64,000 nt of DNA from an uncultured Pseudomonadota bacterium (GTDB lineage: Bacteria > Pseudomonadota > Gammaproteobacteria > Steroidobacterales > Steroidobacteraceae). This document shows positions 16,698-25,783 of this stretch, one piece after another; within the stretch, counting starts at the first letter, position 1, and each line of letters begins with the position of its first letter. A program made the translations under genes and the position numbers. The notes beneath the pieces were generated by a model. That model saw only the letters and a list, made by a program, of their open reading frames with translations. It did not search any database and was not told the origin of the DNA. The DNA lies in the NCBI GenBank assembly GCA_903884105.1, contig CAISDJ010000027.1:604-64603 (forward strand). The letters are read 5' to 3'.

Positions 16698-19586
16698 ATG
16701 AAAGTCCTAACACGCTTGCTTTCTTTCCTGACGGCGCCGGGCTATCCGATGTTCGCTGTACTGTGCCTGATGCTGGGCAGCGTTTTCTTTTCTGGAGTGG
16801 AAGCACAGGTTGCGGCGCCCGGTCGAGTCGCTGCCTCGTTCGATCATCTCAGCACCGGTTTCGAGCTGACGGGTGCCCACCTTCAGGTGCGATGCGAGTC
16901 CTGCCACGTCGACGGCGTTTTCAAGGGGACCCAGGCGAACTGCGCCGCGTGCCATACGCCGGGCACGAGAGTGGGCGCGACGAGCAAGCCGTCGAATCAC
17001 ATCCTGACGACGGAACGTTGCGCGGATTGCCATACGACTGTTGCCTGGAATACCGCCGAGCGTTTCGATCACTCCCAGGTCATTGGGTCTTGCAGCAACT
17101 GCCACAATAACGTTCAAGTGGTTGGCAAGCCGGCGAACCACATTCCCACGAATCTGGACTGCAATTCGTGCCACAACGTCGGTTCGTGGGCGGTTGTGCG
17201 GTTCGATCACACCGGCGTAGTCGGCAATTGCGCCAGTTGCCACAACGGAACCCGCGCTACCGGCAAGGAAGCGAACCATATTCCGGTCGGCGATGATTGC
17301 GAGACTTGTCATACGCCAAGTGGCTGGCGCCCGGCAACGTTCAGCCACGTTGGCGTCACTGGCAATTGTGCAAGCTGTCATGACGGCGTACGCAGCACCG
17401 GCAAGGATCGCGCGCATATCCAGTCCAGCATGGTCTGCGAATCGTGCCATGTTCCGACTGCCTGGGCCCCCGTCACTCGTGTCGACCACACGCAGGTTCT
17501 CGGCAGCTGCGTTGTCTGTCACAACGGGACCAGCGTCACTTCAAGTGGCGTCAGGATCACCGGGAAGCCCGGTGATCACATTCGCTCAACCGATACCTGC
17601 GATGCTTGCCACGGCACGATGGTCTGGAGACCGGCAACGCGGGTGGACCATGCCAACGTCACTGGCAGTTGTGCGTCGTGCCATAACGGTACCGCTGCGA
17701 CCGGCAAGACGTTGGGTGTCCATATCGCATCTACGGACGCGTGTGAGACCTGTCATGGAACCACCGTCTGGCAACCCACTTCGCGCGTCGATCACAACCA
17801 GCTCGTTTCCGCGAACTGCGCCACCTGTCATGCACGCCCGATTGGTATCGGTGCCGTGCAGGCAACGGTCAAATCCGCTACCCACGTCGCCAGCGACAAC
17901 CAGTGCGCAACCTGTCATTCAACGCTGAGCTGGCGTCCTGCGAGTTTCGCTCACACTGGTATCACGAGCGGCTGCGCCAGCTGCCACAACAATGTGACCG
18001 CGACCGGCAAGTCAGGCGGCCACATCAATTCGACGGCGATCTGCGAGTCATGTCACGTGTCCACCTCCGTGTGGGCGCCGGTTGCGCCTGCACAGGTCAA
18101 TCACACGCAGGTCATTGGGTCTTGCAATACCTGCCATAACGGTTCAGTGAGAACTTCTTCAGGGACCCCGATCCAGGGCAAAGGGACGGGCCATATCCTG
18201 TCGACCGCCTCCTGTGATGCCTGCCACGCCATCGGATCATGGACGCCGACAGTGCGGGTCGACCACGGGCAGGTGCTCGGAAGCTGCTTTACGTGTCACA
18301 ACGGTTCGACACGGACTTCCGCAGGCGCATTGATTACCGGCAAGTCGCTCACCCACATTCAGAGTTCCAATGCCTGCGAGAACTGCCATTCGCCCAGTTC
18401 CTGGGCGACCAACGGCCGTCCGGACCACAGTACTTTCATCGGCAACTGCGCCACCTGCCACGGTGTATCGGCTTCGGGGAAGGGTCTCAATCACATCCAG
18501 TCAACCGTTGCCTGCGATAACTGCCATACGGTCTCTTCGTGGCTGCCGGCAGAGGCGGTCGATCACACGCAAGTGCTTGGAACCTGCACGAGCTGCCACA
18601 GCGGCTCGGTTCACACGAACTCGGGTGCGTTGATCCAGGGCAAGGGGACGAGCCACATAACAACCGCCCTGGAGTGCGACTCGTGCCACACGACCTCCAC
18701 TTGGGTTGTCGCGAGATTCGATCACACGAAGACCGCGCTGTCCTGCTTCTCGTGCCACGACAATACGCATGTGGCAGGCAAGACCGCCTCGCACATCACG
18801 ACCACGAACGCCTGCGAGACCTGCCACGTGAGCACGGCGTGGAAACCCGCCACCCGTGTTGACCATACCCAGGTGACGGGAACCTGCTTCTCATGCCACA
18901 ACGGATCGACTGCACGCGGCAAGTCGCAAACGCATATCGCGTCCGACAACACCTGCAGTACCTGCCACACGACGGTGGCATGGACCCCGGCCCAGTTCGA
19001 TCATCGCAATGTGGTTGCGGGGACTTGCGGTACCTGTCACAACGGCGTGAGTGCGACTGGCAAGCCGAACAATCACCTGCCGACAACGCAGTCCTGCGAC
19101 GCATGCCATGTCACGCTGGCATGGAAGCCGGCCACCTTCAGTCATGCCGGCATTACGACAGGCTGCAGCTCGTGCCACAACAACACGGTGACGGCAGGCA
19201 AGTCGACCAGACACATGACCACGTCCCGCGAATGCGTTATCTGCCACTCGACCACTGCGTGGACTCCTTTGACGTTCAGGCACACATCGACGGAGTACCC
19301 GGGTGACCACCGCGTTGCGTTGACCTGTACCGCCTCCGGGTGTCATTCGACCAACACGGATGCTGCCGTATGGCGAACCCCGTCATTGCGGGGCTCCTGT
19401 GCCGGGTGCCACTCAGGCAACTTCAAGGCGGGCAGTCACCCGAAAGTCAGCGGCGTGTCCAACTACACGGCGAGCGAGCTTCGAAATTGTTCGGGCGCTT
19501 GCCACACGTACACGAATGCGACGTTGACGACGATTTCCAAGACCCGGAATGGCCCACAGCACCGGGTAACGAGCAACGGCTTCTGA
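16698..19586 (+). CDS. Giant multihaem c-type cytochrome, 34 CXXCH plus two variant motifs (about 963 aa)
   Basis: ATG at 16698 lies 8 nt after the upstream stop and has a GAGG SD. Hydrophobic signal ...MFAVLCLMLGSVFFSGVEAQ. I counted 34 canonical CXXCH motifs plus CTASGCH and CSGACH. Confidence 0.9.
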   Translation: MKVLTRLLSFLTAPGYPMFAVLCLMLGSVFFSGVEAQVAAPGRVAASFDHLSTGFELTGAHLQVRCESCHVDGVFKGTQANCAACHTPGTRVGATSKPSNHILTTERCADCHTTVAWNTAERFDHSQVIGSCSNCHNNVQVVGKPANHIPTNLDCNSCHNVGSWAVVRFDHTGVVGNCASCHNGTRATGKEANHIPVGDDCETCHTPSGWRPATFSHVGVTGNCASCHDGVRSTGKDRAHIQSSMVCESCHVPTAWAPVTRVDHTQVLGSCVVCHNGTSVTSSGVRITGKPGDHIRSTDTCDACHGTMVWRPATRVDHANVTGSCASCHNGTAATGKTLGVHIASTDACETCHGTTVWQPTSRVDHNQLVSANCATCHARPIGIGAVQATVKSATHVASDNQCATCHSTLSWRPASFAHTGITSGCASCHNNVTATGKSGGHINSTAICESCHVSTSVWAPVAPAQVNHTQVIGSCNTCHNGSVRTSSGTPIQGKGTGHILSTASCDACHAIGSWTPTVRVDHGQVLGSCFTCHNGSTRTSAGALITGKSLTHIQSSNACENCHSPSSWATNGRPDHSTFIGNCATCHGVSASGKGLNHIQSTVACDNCHTVSSWLPAEAVDHTQVLGTCTSCHSGSVHTNSGALIQGKGTSHITTALECDSCHTTSTWVVARFDHTKTALSCFSCHDNTHVAGKTASHITTTNACETCHVSTAWKPATRVDHTQVTGTCFSCHNGSTARGKSQTHIASDNTCSTCHTTVAWTPAQFDHRNVVAGTCGTCHNGVSATGKPNNHLPTTQSCDACHVTLAWKPATFSHAGITTGCSSCHNNTVTAGKSTRHMTTSRECVICHSTTAWTPLTFRHTSTEYPGDHRVALTCTASGCHSTNTDAAVWRTPSLRGSCAGCHSGNFKAGSHPKVSGVSNYTASELRNCSGACHTYTNATLTTISKTRNGPQHRVTSNGF

Positions 19587-21970
19587 TGCGCAGAGGAGTA
19601 CTGAAGGCGCTGGTCGGGTGGTTGGGGTTGGGTCTGCTATCCCAGCCCGCGTCAGCCCAGTTTGCTCCGCGGTTGCTCGAAGCAGCAGATATCACGACGG
19701 CTGACACCCACCTGGATGTCGTATTGTTGTTCAGCTGCCAAGTCCGCTATTTGTCACACTTGCCGGCAGCCGAGAGCAATGTCGTCGACGTTCGGCTGGG
19801 TGTGGGCACTGATTGCCTCCAGGGCGGGAGCATCATCGGCAGCGAATCGCTGACGCCCCCCGCCGGGCAAGACGTCCTCAAGTCGATCGAGTTGATCCCC
19901 TTGCTCGCGAGCGACGTGGACCTGCGGATTACCTGGGGCACGCGGGAGCGCTACCTGATCGCTCCGACCTCTGATCAACGTGGGCTGCGGATCCGGGTGC
20001 TGCGGGACGAGCGGGGTGTGGATCGCAGCAGGGTATTGATTACCGAGCCCGAGGGCACGCTGGCTTCCGGCTACGCCATCAACCTCGAGTCGGCGACCGA
20101 ACCCTTCACGCCTGCCGCTGCAGCCGATGTGCAGCGTATCCTTGGCCAGGCAAGCTATGTTTCGAAGGTGGAGATCGAAAGTCAGACTTGGTATCGAATG
20201 CGCATCGGTCCATTCGCCACGCGTGCGGAGGCCGACAGGCAGCTGTTGCGTGCTCAGCAAGCGTATCCGCGAGCCTGGTTGGGGATCGCAGATGAGGTTC
20301 TGCACGAGGACGACGTCGTTACCACGACTACGACGGATGACATTCCCTCAGGTTCCGGACTCGTGCCTCCAACGGGTTTGTTTGCGATCGCACAGGCGCA
20401 GCTCAGGCGGCGCCAGTACGACGCGGCGATTGCTTCTTTCACAAGGTATCTCGTGGACGCGACGGGGGATACGCGAGGGACGGCTCGCGAGATGTTGGGT
20501 CTCGCCCAGGAGCGAAGCGGGCACCTTGCATTGGCCAAGGCCGAATATGAAGCCTACCTGCGTGAATTTCGCTCGGGTCGTGGGGCGGACCGTGTGCGAC
20601 GCCGCCTCAATGCGTTGCGGACGGCATCGGGCGCCAACCGGTCGCAGGAGGGTACCGGCGTTGATGAAGAACTCGCCTGGCGCTATTTCGGCGGCGTGTC
20701 GCAGTACTACAGATACGACGATAATCTCCGTACGATCGGCCCCCTCGAGGCGAAGTTCTCCAGCCAGAACGCGCTGCTGACCGATGCCGACTTCGTTGCC
20801 CGCAAGCGGGGCGAGTCGTTTGATTCGCTGGCGCGCTTCAATGGTGGCTACATCAAGGACATGTTGACCAAGGGTCCTGGGGACAGCTTCCGCCTCAGCA
20901 GCGCCTACTACGAAATGAGCGATGTGGAGCGGGGTTGGATGGCCCGCTTCGGTCGGCAGGCGCGCAGCAGCGACGGCATTCTCGGCACATTCGACGGCGC
21001 ATTGGGCAGCTACCGCCTTCAGCCCCATCTCACGTTCAATCTGGCAGCGGGGTTCCCCATCGAGTCCACCCGCAGCGGATTCAACAGCGACCGCCAGTTC
21101 CAGTCGCTCGCCGCCAATTTCGGTGTTCTGAGCGGTGGCTGGGAGCCATCCCTGTATGTGATCAACCAGACGTATCTCGGGGAGACGGATCGCCAGGCCG
21201 TGGGGGCGGAATTGCGGTACTTCAAGCCCGGACGAACCCTCATCGGTTTCGTCGATTACGACCAGCATTTCGGCGAGATGAACAACGTGATCGTGGTGGG
21301 TACGGTGCAGTTGCCAGCAATGTGGACGATGACGCTGGATGTCGAGCAGCGCAGGACGCCGATGCTCATGACCCGAAATGCGTTGATCGGGCAGGCCGTG
21401 CAGACGCTGGATCAATTGCTGGATCTGTTCACGAGCGAAGAGGTCAGGCAGCTGGCTCTCGACCGCACGGCGCCGTCCAGGTTGGCGAGCTTTTCGCTGT
21501 CGAGGCCCCTTGGCCAGCGTTTTCAGTTCGCACTGTATGCTGCGTCGACGGACATGGGCGCTACGCTGCCATCCGGAGGCGCCGAGGGCATTCCGGACCC
21601 GGGCGGTGACCTCTCACTGTCGGCGCAACTTCTGGCCATGAGCCTGTTCCAATCCGGCGATATCAACATCATGGCGGTTCGTTACCAGACGAATGATTTC
21701 GCCAAGACCGCCTCGATTGGCATCAGTTCACGATTGCCGCTCTATGGGGCCTGGCGGATTGGTCCGCAGCTGCGATTGGACCGCCGCGAGAATATCGCGG
21801 ATCAGTCGGTCCAGATGCTGCTGGCGCCGACGTTGCGACTCGGGCTCCAGCTCAAGAAGGTCATTTTCGAGCTTGAAGCCGGAGCCGAGCTGACGAATCG
21901 CACGGGATTCCCGGACGATGACAAGACGCGCCGCTATTTTTTCAGCCTGGGCTATCGATGGAACTTCTGA
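19586..21970 (+). CDS. Outer-membrane-type beta-barrel protein with N-terminal AMIN-like, SPOR and TPR regions
   Basis: TGATG overlap with the cytochrome gene. Signal MRRGVLKALVGWLGLGLLSQPASAQ. SPOR-like segment GYAINLES...WYRMRIGPFATRAEADRQLLRAQQAYPRAW. The C-terminal half (about 450 aa) has an alternating pattern and ends ...YFFSLGYRWNF, an OMP-type terminal Phe. Confidence 0.68.
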   Translation: MRRGVLKALVGWLGLGLLSQPASAQFAPRLLEAADITTADTHLDVVLLFSCQVRYLSHLPAAESNVVDVRLGVGTDCLQGGSIIGSESLTPPAGQDVLKSIELIPLLASDVDLRITWGTRERYLIAPTSDQRGLRIRVLRDERGVDRSRVLITEPEGTLASGYAINLESATEPFTPAAAADVQRILGQASYVSKVEIESQTWYRMRIGPFATRAEADRQLLRAQQAYPRAWLGIADEVLHEDDVVTTTTTDDIPSGSGLVPPTGLFAIAQAQLRRRQYDAAIASFTRYLVDATGDTRGTAREMLGLAQERSGHLALAKAEYEAYLREFRSGRGADRVRRRLNALRTASGANRSQEGTGVDEELAWRYFGGVSQYYRYDDNLRTIGPLEAKFSSQNALLTDADFVARKRGESFDSLARFNGGYIKDMLTKGPGDSFRLSSAYYEMSDVERGWMARFGRQARSSDGILGTFDGALGSYRLQPHLTFNLAAGFPIESTRSGFNSDRQFQSLAANFGVLSGGWEPSLYVINQTYLGETDRQAVGAELRYFKPGRTLIGFVDYDQHFGEMNNVIVVGTVQLPAMWTMTLDVEQRRTPMLMTRNALIGQAVQTLDQLLDLFTSEEVRQLALDRTAPSRLASFSLSRPLGQRFQFALYAASTDMGATLPSGGAEGIPDPGGDLSLSAQLLAMSLFQSGDINIMAVRYQTNDFAKTASIGISSRLPLYGAWRIGPQLRLDRRENIADQSVQMLLAPTLRLGLQLKKVIFELEAGAELTNRTGFPDDDKTRRYFFSLGYRWNF

Positions 21971-22611
21971 GACTCCCTGCCCGTAGCGGTCCGGGTTCGA
22001 GGCTGGCGCTGTGGGCCCTCCTGCTTGTTGCGACCTGCTTGCCGCAGTCCGGCTGCGTCGCTGTGCGCGCCGGTGCGCGTCAATACCAGGACGAAAGCAC
22101 CGCGGTCACGATCACTGTCGCGACGGATCCCGTGGTGCTGGCCAGGGAAGTGTCGATGCTCGCGGTCAATGCGCGTGACTATGTCAGCTTGTTCCCGCTG
22201 GAGGTGAATCGCTCCGGTCAGCGTCGCTACTACTTCTATGGCTACAGCTGGTCCACCATTGATCGACGCCAGACCCCAGGAGCGACAGTCCCGAGTGACG
22301 ATGAGTTGACCCTGCAGGCGGACGACAGAACGGTTGTGCTGCGGATGTCTTCGCGGGAGCTGCAGAATGCCGGGTTGCGTACTTTGCCCGTAGCGCCTCC
22401 TGCCTCTGGTGCGCGGCCGCTGTTGTTTCCCACGGATCGCGCCACGCTGCTGTTCGTGGGGACGGCCCGCGCCTTGTCCGCGCAGTTCGCGGCGACGTCC
22501 GGCGCTGCTTCCGTGGAACAGTTTCGGCAGTGGAGCGCTCCCGAACCCGGATTCAAGGGATTCTTCGAGCGGATAGGATCTGCGCAGCCGACCCGAACGC
22601 CATCAAGGTAG
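21958..22611 (+). CDS. Hypothetical lipoprotein
   Basis: 13-nt overlap with the barrel gene. Signal plus lipobox ...LWALLLVATCLPQSGC. No family was recognised. Confidence 0.55.
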   Translation: MELLRLPARSGPGSRLALWALLLVATCLPQSGCVAVRAGARQYQDESTAVTITVATDPVVLAREVSMLAVNARDYVSLFPLEVNRSGQRRYYFYGYSWSTIDRRQTPGATVPSDDELTLQADDRTVVLRMSSRELQNAGLRTLPVAPPASGARPLLFPTDRATLLFVGTARALSAQFAATSGAASVEQFRQWSAPEPGFKGFFERIGSAQPTRTPSR

Positions 22612-23346
22612 ACGAGACATCGCCTCTGCAGGCTTGATGCCGGCTGTCTGCTGTGCGAGCCGCCGGGTCAGTGCTCGCAATACATCGGCGATCCATTCCC
22701 GTTCCGCTTTGGTCACCCGCCGCGTCGACTTCCATGTCGTGATCTTCTCTGCGCCGCTGCGTCGCCCCCAGGGACTCGTAATCTCCGCAAGCTTGTGCAG
22801 CACGTCCAGGTTCGCGTTCAGCGCGTCTGCAGCCGTCTTTCGATCAACGAAACGACGCTCCAACAGGCCGATCGCTGCCCGTCCGGCCGGGATCAGCCGA
22901 CGCGGCTCACGCAGCAGACGCGCGTATTCCTCGGCCAGAAACAGGACGTCACCGTCCGCAATCATGTCGTGTGGCGCGGCGGGGTAGCTGGTATGGATGA
23001 GCTGCGCCGCTGAAGCAGTGCAGTCTGCATCGGCCATATGGGCGCACGGTTCGGCTGGCTCGCGGCCTGCGACGACAGTATGGATATGCGTCAGTTGAAA
23101 TGCGCCTGGTCCAAGGGAGAGCAGCGCGTGCACGTTCCAGCCGGCGATCAGTGGATCGAGCAGCGCGTGGGCAGCGGCTTCAGTGGCAAGGTCTCTTGTT
23201 GGAGTCAACGTCGCGATGCGGGCCTTAATCCAATACGAAAAGGAGCCGAGCGTCCCGACGGAGGTCACCTTGGGGTCGAAGTCTTCACCGTCGGCGCTCT
23301 CAACCCGGTAGCAGAGGCGAACAACTCGGGTGTTCAGTTCGTTCAT
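22603..23346 (-). CDS. Hypothetical protein (no recognisable domain)
   Basis: A 247-aa ORF with ordinary, non-shadow amino-acid composition. It is convergent with the cytochrome operon. Confidence 0.45.
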   Translation of the reverse strand: MNELNTRVVRLCYRVESADGEDFDPKVTSVGTLGSFSYWIKARIATLTPTRDLATEAAAHALLDPLIAGWNVHALLSLGPGAFQLTHIHTVVAGREPAEPCAHMADADCTASAAQLIHTSYPAAPHDMIADGDVLFLAEEYARLLREPRRLIPAGRAAIGLLERRFVDRKTAADALNANLDVLHKLAEITSPWGRRSGAEKITTWKSTRRVTKAEREWIADVLRALTRRLAQQTAGIKPAEAMSRLP

Positions 23347-23484
23347 GGCGTGGCTTCACCTGCGTGCGCAGCACGTGGGTGGTCCCTCGGGCCTGGCGGC
23401 GTTGATTGTTCTTGTCGTCCACCCTGTTGGACGGCGCCGAGGCGTCAATCAATCGGGTCCCGCCTGGGACCGCCCTCGGGGAGT

Positions 23485-24357
23485 TCATCGGGTTGCTGCG
23501 GCCGGTTCCCTGGAGTGCCACATCAGGTACAGGCCGCTTGCGACGATCAACGATCCGCCTGCCAACATTCGGGAGCCGGGAAGGACGCTCCACCCGAACC
23601 AGTCCAGCGCGATGCCCCAAAGGAGGGCGGTGTATTCAAAGGGGGCGACGACCGACGCAGGTGCCAGCCGGAAGGCTTGCGTAATGAAGTGCTGCCCCGC
23701 CGCCCCCGCGATCCCGAGGCCGAGGATCCACCCCCCCTCTTCGAGCCTCACGGGCGTCCAGGTCGTGATGCTGGCGAGGCCAGCCACCACCGCAATCACC
23801 GCCATTGTCCAGAACACCATGCTCGCCGTCGTGTCTGTCCTCGACAGCACACTGATCGAAATGGCGCTGAGCGCATAGAAGACGGCCGCCATGAATGCGC
23901 CAAGCCCCCCCAGCGTGACCATGCCCGCAGCCGTTGGCCGCAGCATGACGATGACGCCGACCAATCCCACGGAGATGGCGCACCAACGACGCCAGCTGAC
24001 GCGCTCACCCAGGAAAGGCACCGAAAGCGCGGTGATCAACAACGGCGCTGACAGATAGAGGGTGTAGGCGTCAGCCAGCGAAAGCTCGCGCACGGCGAAT
24101 ACGAAAGACCACAGAAGCCCGATTGACAGGAGTCCCCGCAGCAGATGGAGGGGCCAGCGGATCGGTCGTATGTCTTTGAGCCGGCGGGAAATGCCAAGTA
24201 CCAGCAGGACGATTGGCAGAGATGCGATGCCCCTGAGAAAAGTGACCTGCATCGGGCCATGCAGCTGCCCGAGGTGCTTCATGGCGGCATCCATCAGCGC
24301 GAAGCTGCCCACCGCCGCGATCATCATCAGAATGCCTCGGGTTGCGGGGTGCGACAT
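23485..24357 (-). CDS. DMT-superfamily (EamA-like) transporter
   Basis: About ten TM helices and two EamA-type halves. The ATG at 24357 (MSHPATRGILMMIAAVGSFALMDA) is preferred. Confidence 0.8.
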   Translation of the reverse strand: MSHPATRGILMMIAAVGSFALMDAAMKHLGQLHGPMQVTFLRGIASLPIVLLVLGISRRLKDIRPIRWPLHLLRGLLSIGLLWSFVFAVRELSLADAYTLYLSAPLLITALSVPFLGERVSWRRWCAISVGLVGVIVMLRPTAAGMVTLGGLGAFMAAVFYALSAISISVLSRTDTTASMVFWTMAVIAVVAGLASITTWTPVRLEEGGWILGLGIAGAAGQHFITQAFRLAPASVVAPFEYTALLWGIALDWFGWSVLPGSRMLAGGSLIVASGLYLMWHSREPAAATR

Positions 24358-24523
24358 TAGGCGCAGCAGTCTGCCAGCGGGGCTTCGGATTTGCCAACGC
24401 GTCAACAAGTGCCGGCGGGCAATTCCTTTCAGGCCAGTACCGCATCGGACCGCCGCGGGCGATAATCAGCACCAAGGCACTCAGCCCACTCAAGCCACTC
24501 AAGCCGCAAGGTGTTCATCCGTC

Positions 24524-25726
24524 ATGAATGAAGCGTATATCTGCGATGCCATCCGCACCCCCATCGGCCGTTACGGCGGCAGCCTCGCTACCATTCGCGC
24601 GGACGATCTGGCGGCGGTGTCCATCAAGGCACTCATGGAGCGCAATCCGGGCGTCGATTGGGCGGCAGTGGACGAGGTGTACCTGGGTTGTGCCAACCAG
24701 GCCGGCGAAGACAACCGCAATGTGGCCCGGATGGGTCTGCTGCTGGCAGGTCTGCCCGACAGCGTCCCGGGCGGCACGCTCAACCGGCTGTGCGGGTCGG
24801 GTCTCGATGCCGTGGCGATCGCGGCGCGGACGCTGAAGACCGGCGAAGCTGATCTCATCATCGCGGGTGGCGTCGAGAGCATGACTCGCGCGCCGTTTGT
24901 CATGGGCAAGGCCGATGCGGCTTGGGCGCGTGGTCAGAAGATCGAAGATACGACAATGGGCTGGCGCTTCATCAACCCGGCGCTCAAGAAACTTCACGGC
25001 GTCGACACGATGCCGGAGACTGCCGAGAACCTCGTGACGGAGTTCGGCATTTCAAGGACCGATCAGGACGCCTTTGCGCTGCGCAGCCAGCAACGGTATG
25101 CGAAGTCGAGCGCACTCGGCTTTTTTGTGAAGGAACTGATCTCTGTATCGATTCCGCAGGCGAAGGGAGATCCCAGGGTGTTCGCGGCTGACGAGCATCC
25201 CCGCGAAACGACGATGGAGGCGCTGGCAAAGCTCAAGGGCGTCGTGAGGCCGGACGGTTCCGTAACTGCGGGCAACGCATCCGGGATCAACGACGGCAGT
25301 TGTGCGCTACTCGTTGCAAGTGAGGCTGGTGTCAAAAAGCACGGTCTGCGGGTTCGCGCGCGCGTAGTAGCTGCGGCCACTGCAGGCGTTCCTCCGAGAG
25401 TCATGGGAATCGGTCCAGTACCGGCCACGCGCAAGGTGCTTGCGAAAGCGGGGCTCACGCTCGAGCAGATGGACGTGATCGAACTCAACGAAGCGTTCGC
25501 TTCGCAGGCTCTCTCCGTGATGCGGCAGCTCGGCCTGGCGGATGACGCTGCTCACGTGAATCCCAATGGCGGCGCGATTGCGCTTGGTCATCCATTGGGT
25601 GCGAGCGGCGCCCGCCTCGTGACGACGGCGATCAATCAGCTCGAAGCGATGGGTGGTCGATACGCGCTCTGCACGATGTGCATCGGTGTGGGTCAGGGTA
25701 TCGCGATGATCATTGAACGGATCTAG
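24524..25726 (+). CDS. pcaF: 3-oxoadipyl-CoA / acetyl-CoA C-acyltransferase (PcaF/PaaJ-type thiolase)
   Basis: MNEAYICDAIRTPIGRYGG, NRLCGSGLDA (active-site Cys), GVESMTRAPFVMGK, NPNGGAIALGHPLGASG, CIGVGQG. The ORF part upstream of 24524 is spurious. Confidence 0.88.
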   Translation: MNEAYICDAIRTPIGRYGGSLATIRADDLAAVSIKALMERNPGVDWAAVDEVYLGCANQAGEDNRNVARMGLLLAGLPDSVPGGTLNRLCGSGLDAVAIAARTLKTGEADLIIAGGVESMTRAPFVMGKADAAWARGQKIEDTTMGWRFINPALKKLHGVDTMPETAENLVTEFGISRTDQDAFALRSQQRYAKSSALGFFVKELISVSIPQAKGDPRVFAADEHPRETTMEALAKLKGVVRPDGSVTAGNASGINDGSCALLVASEAGVKKHGLRVRARVVAAATAGVPPRVMGIGPVPATRKVLAKAGLTLEQMDVIELNEAFASQALSVMRQLGLADDAAHVNPNGGAIALGHPLGASGARLVTTAINQLEAMGGRYALCTMCIGVGQGIAMIIERI

Positions 25727-25783
25727 ACAATGACCTATAAGTAGGGCGTCTGGACCGGGAAGATCAAGGAACGCCGCCCGACG

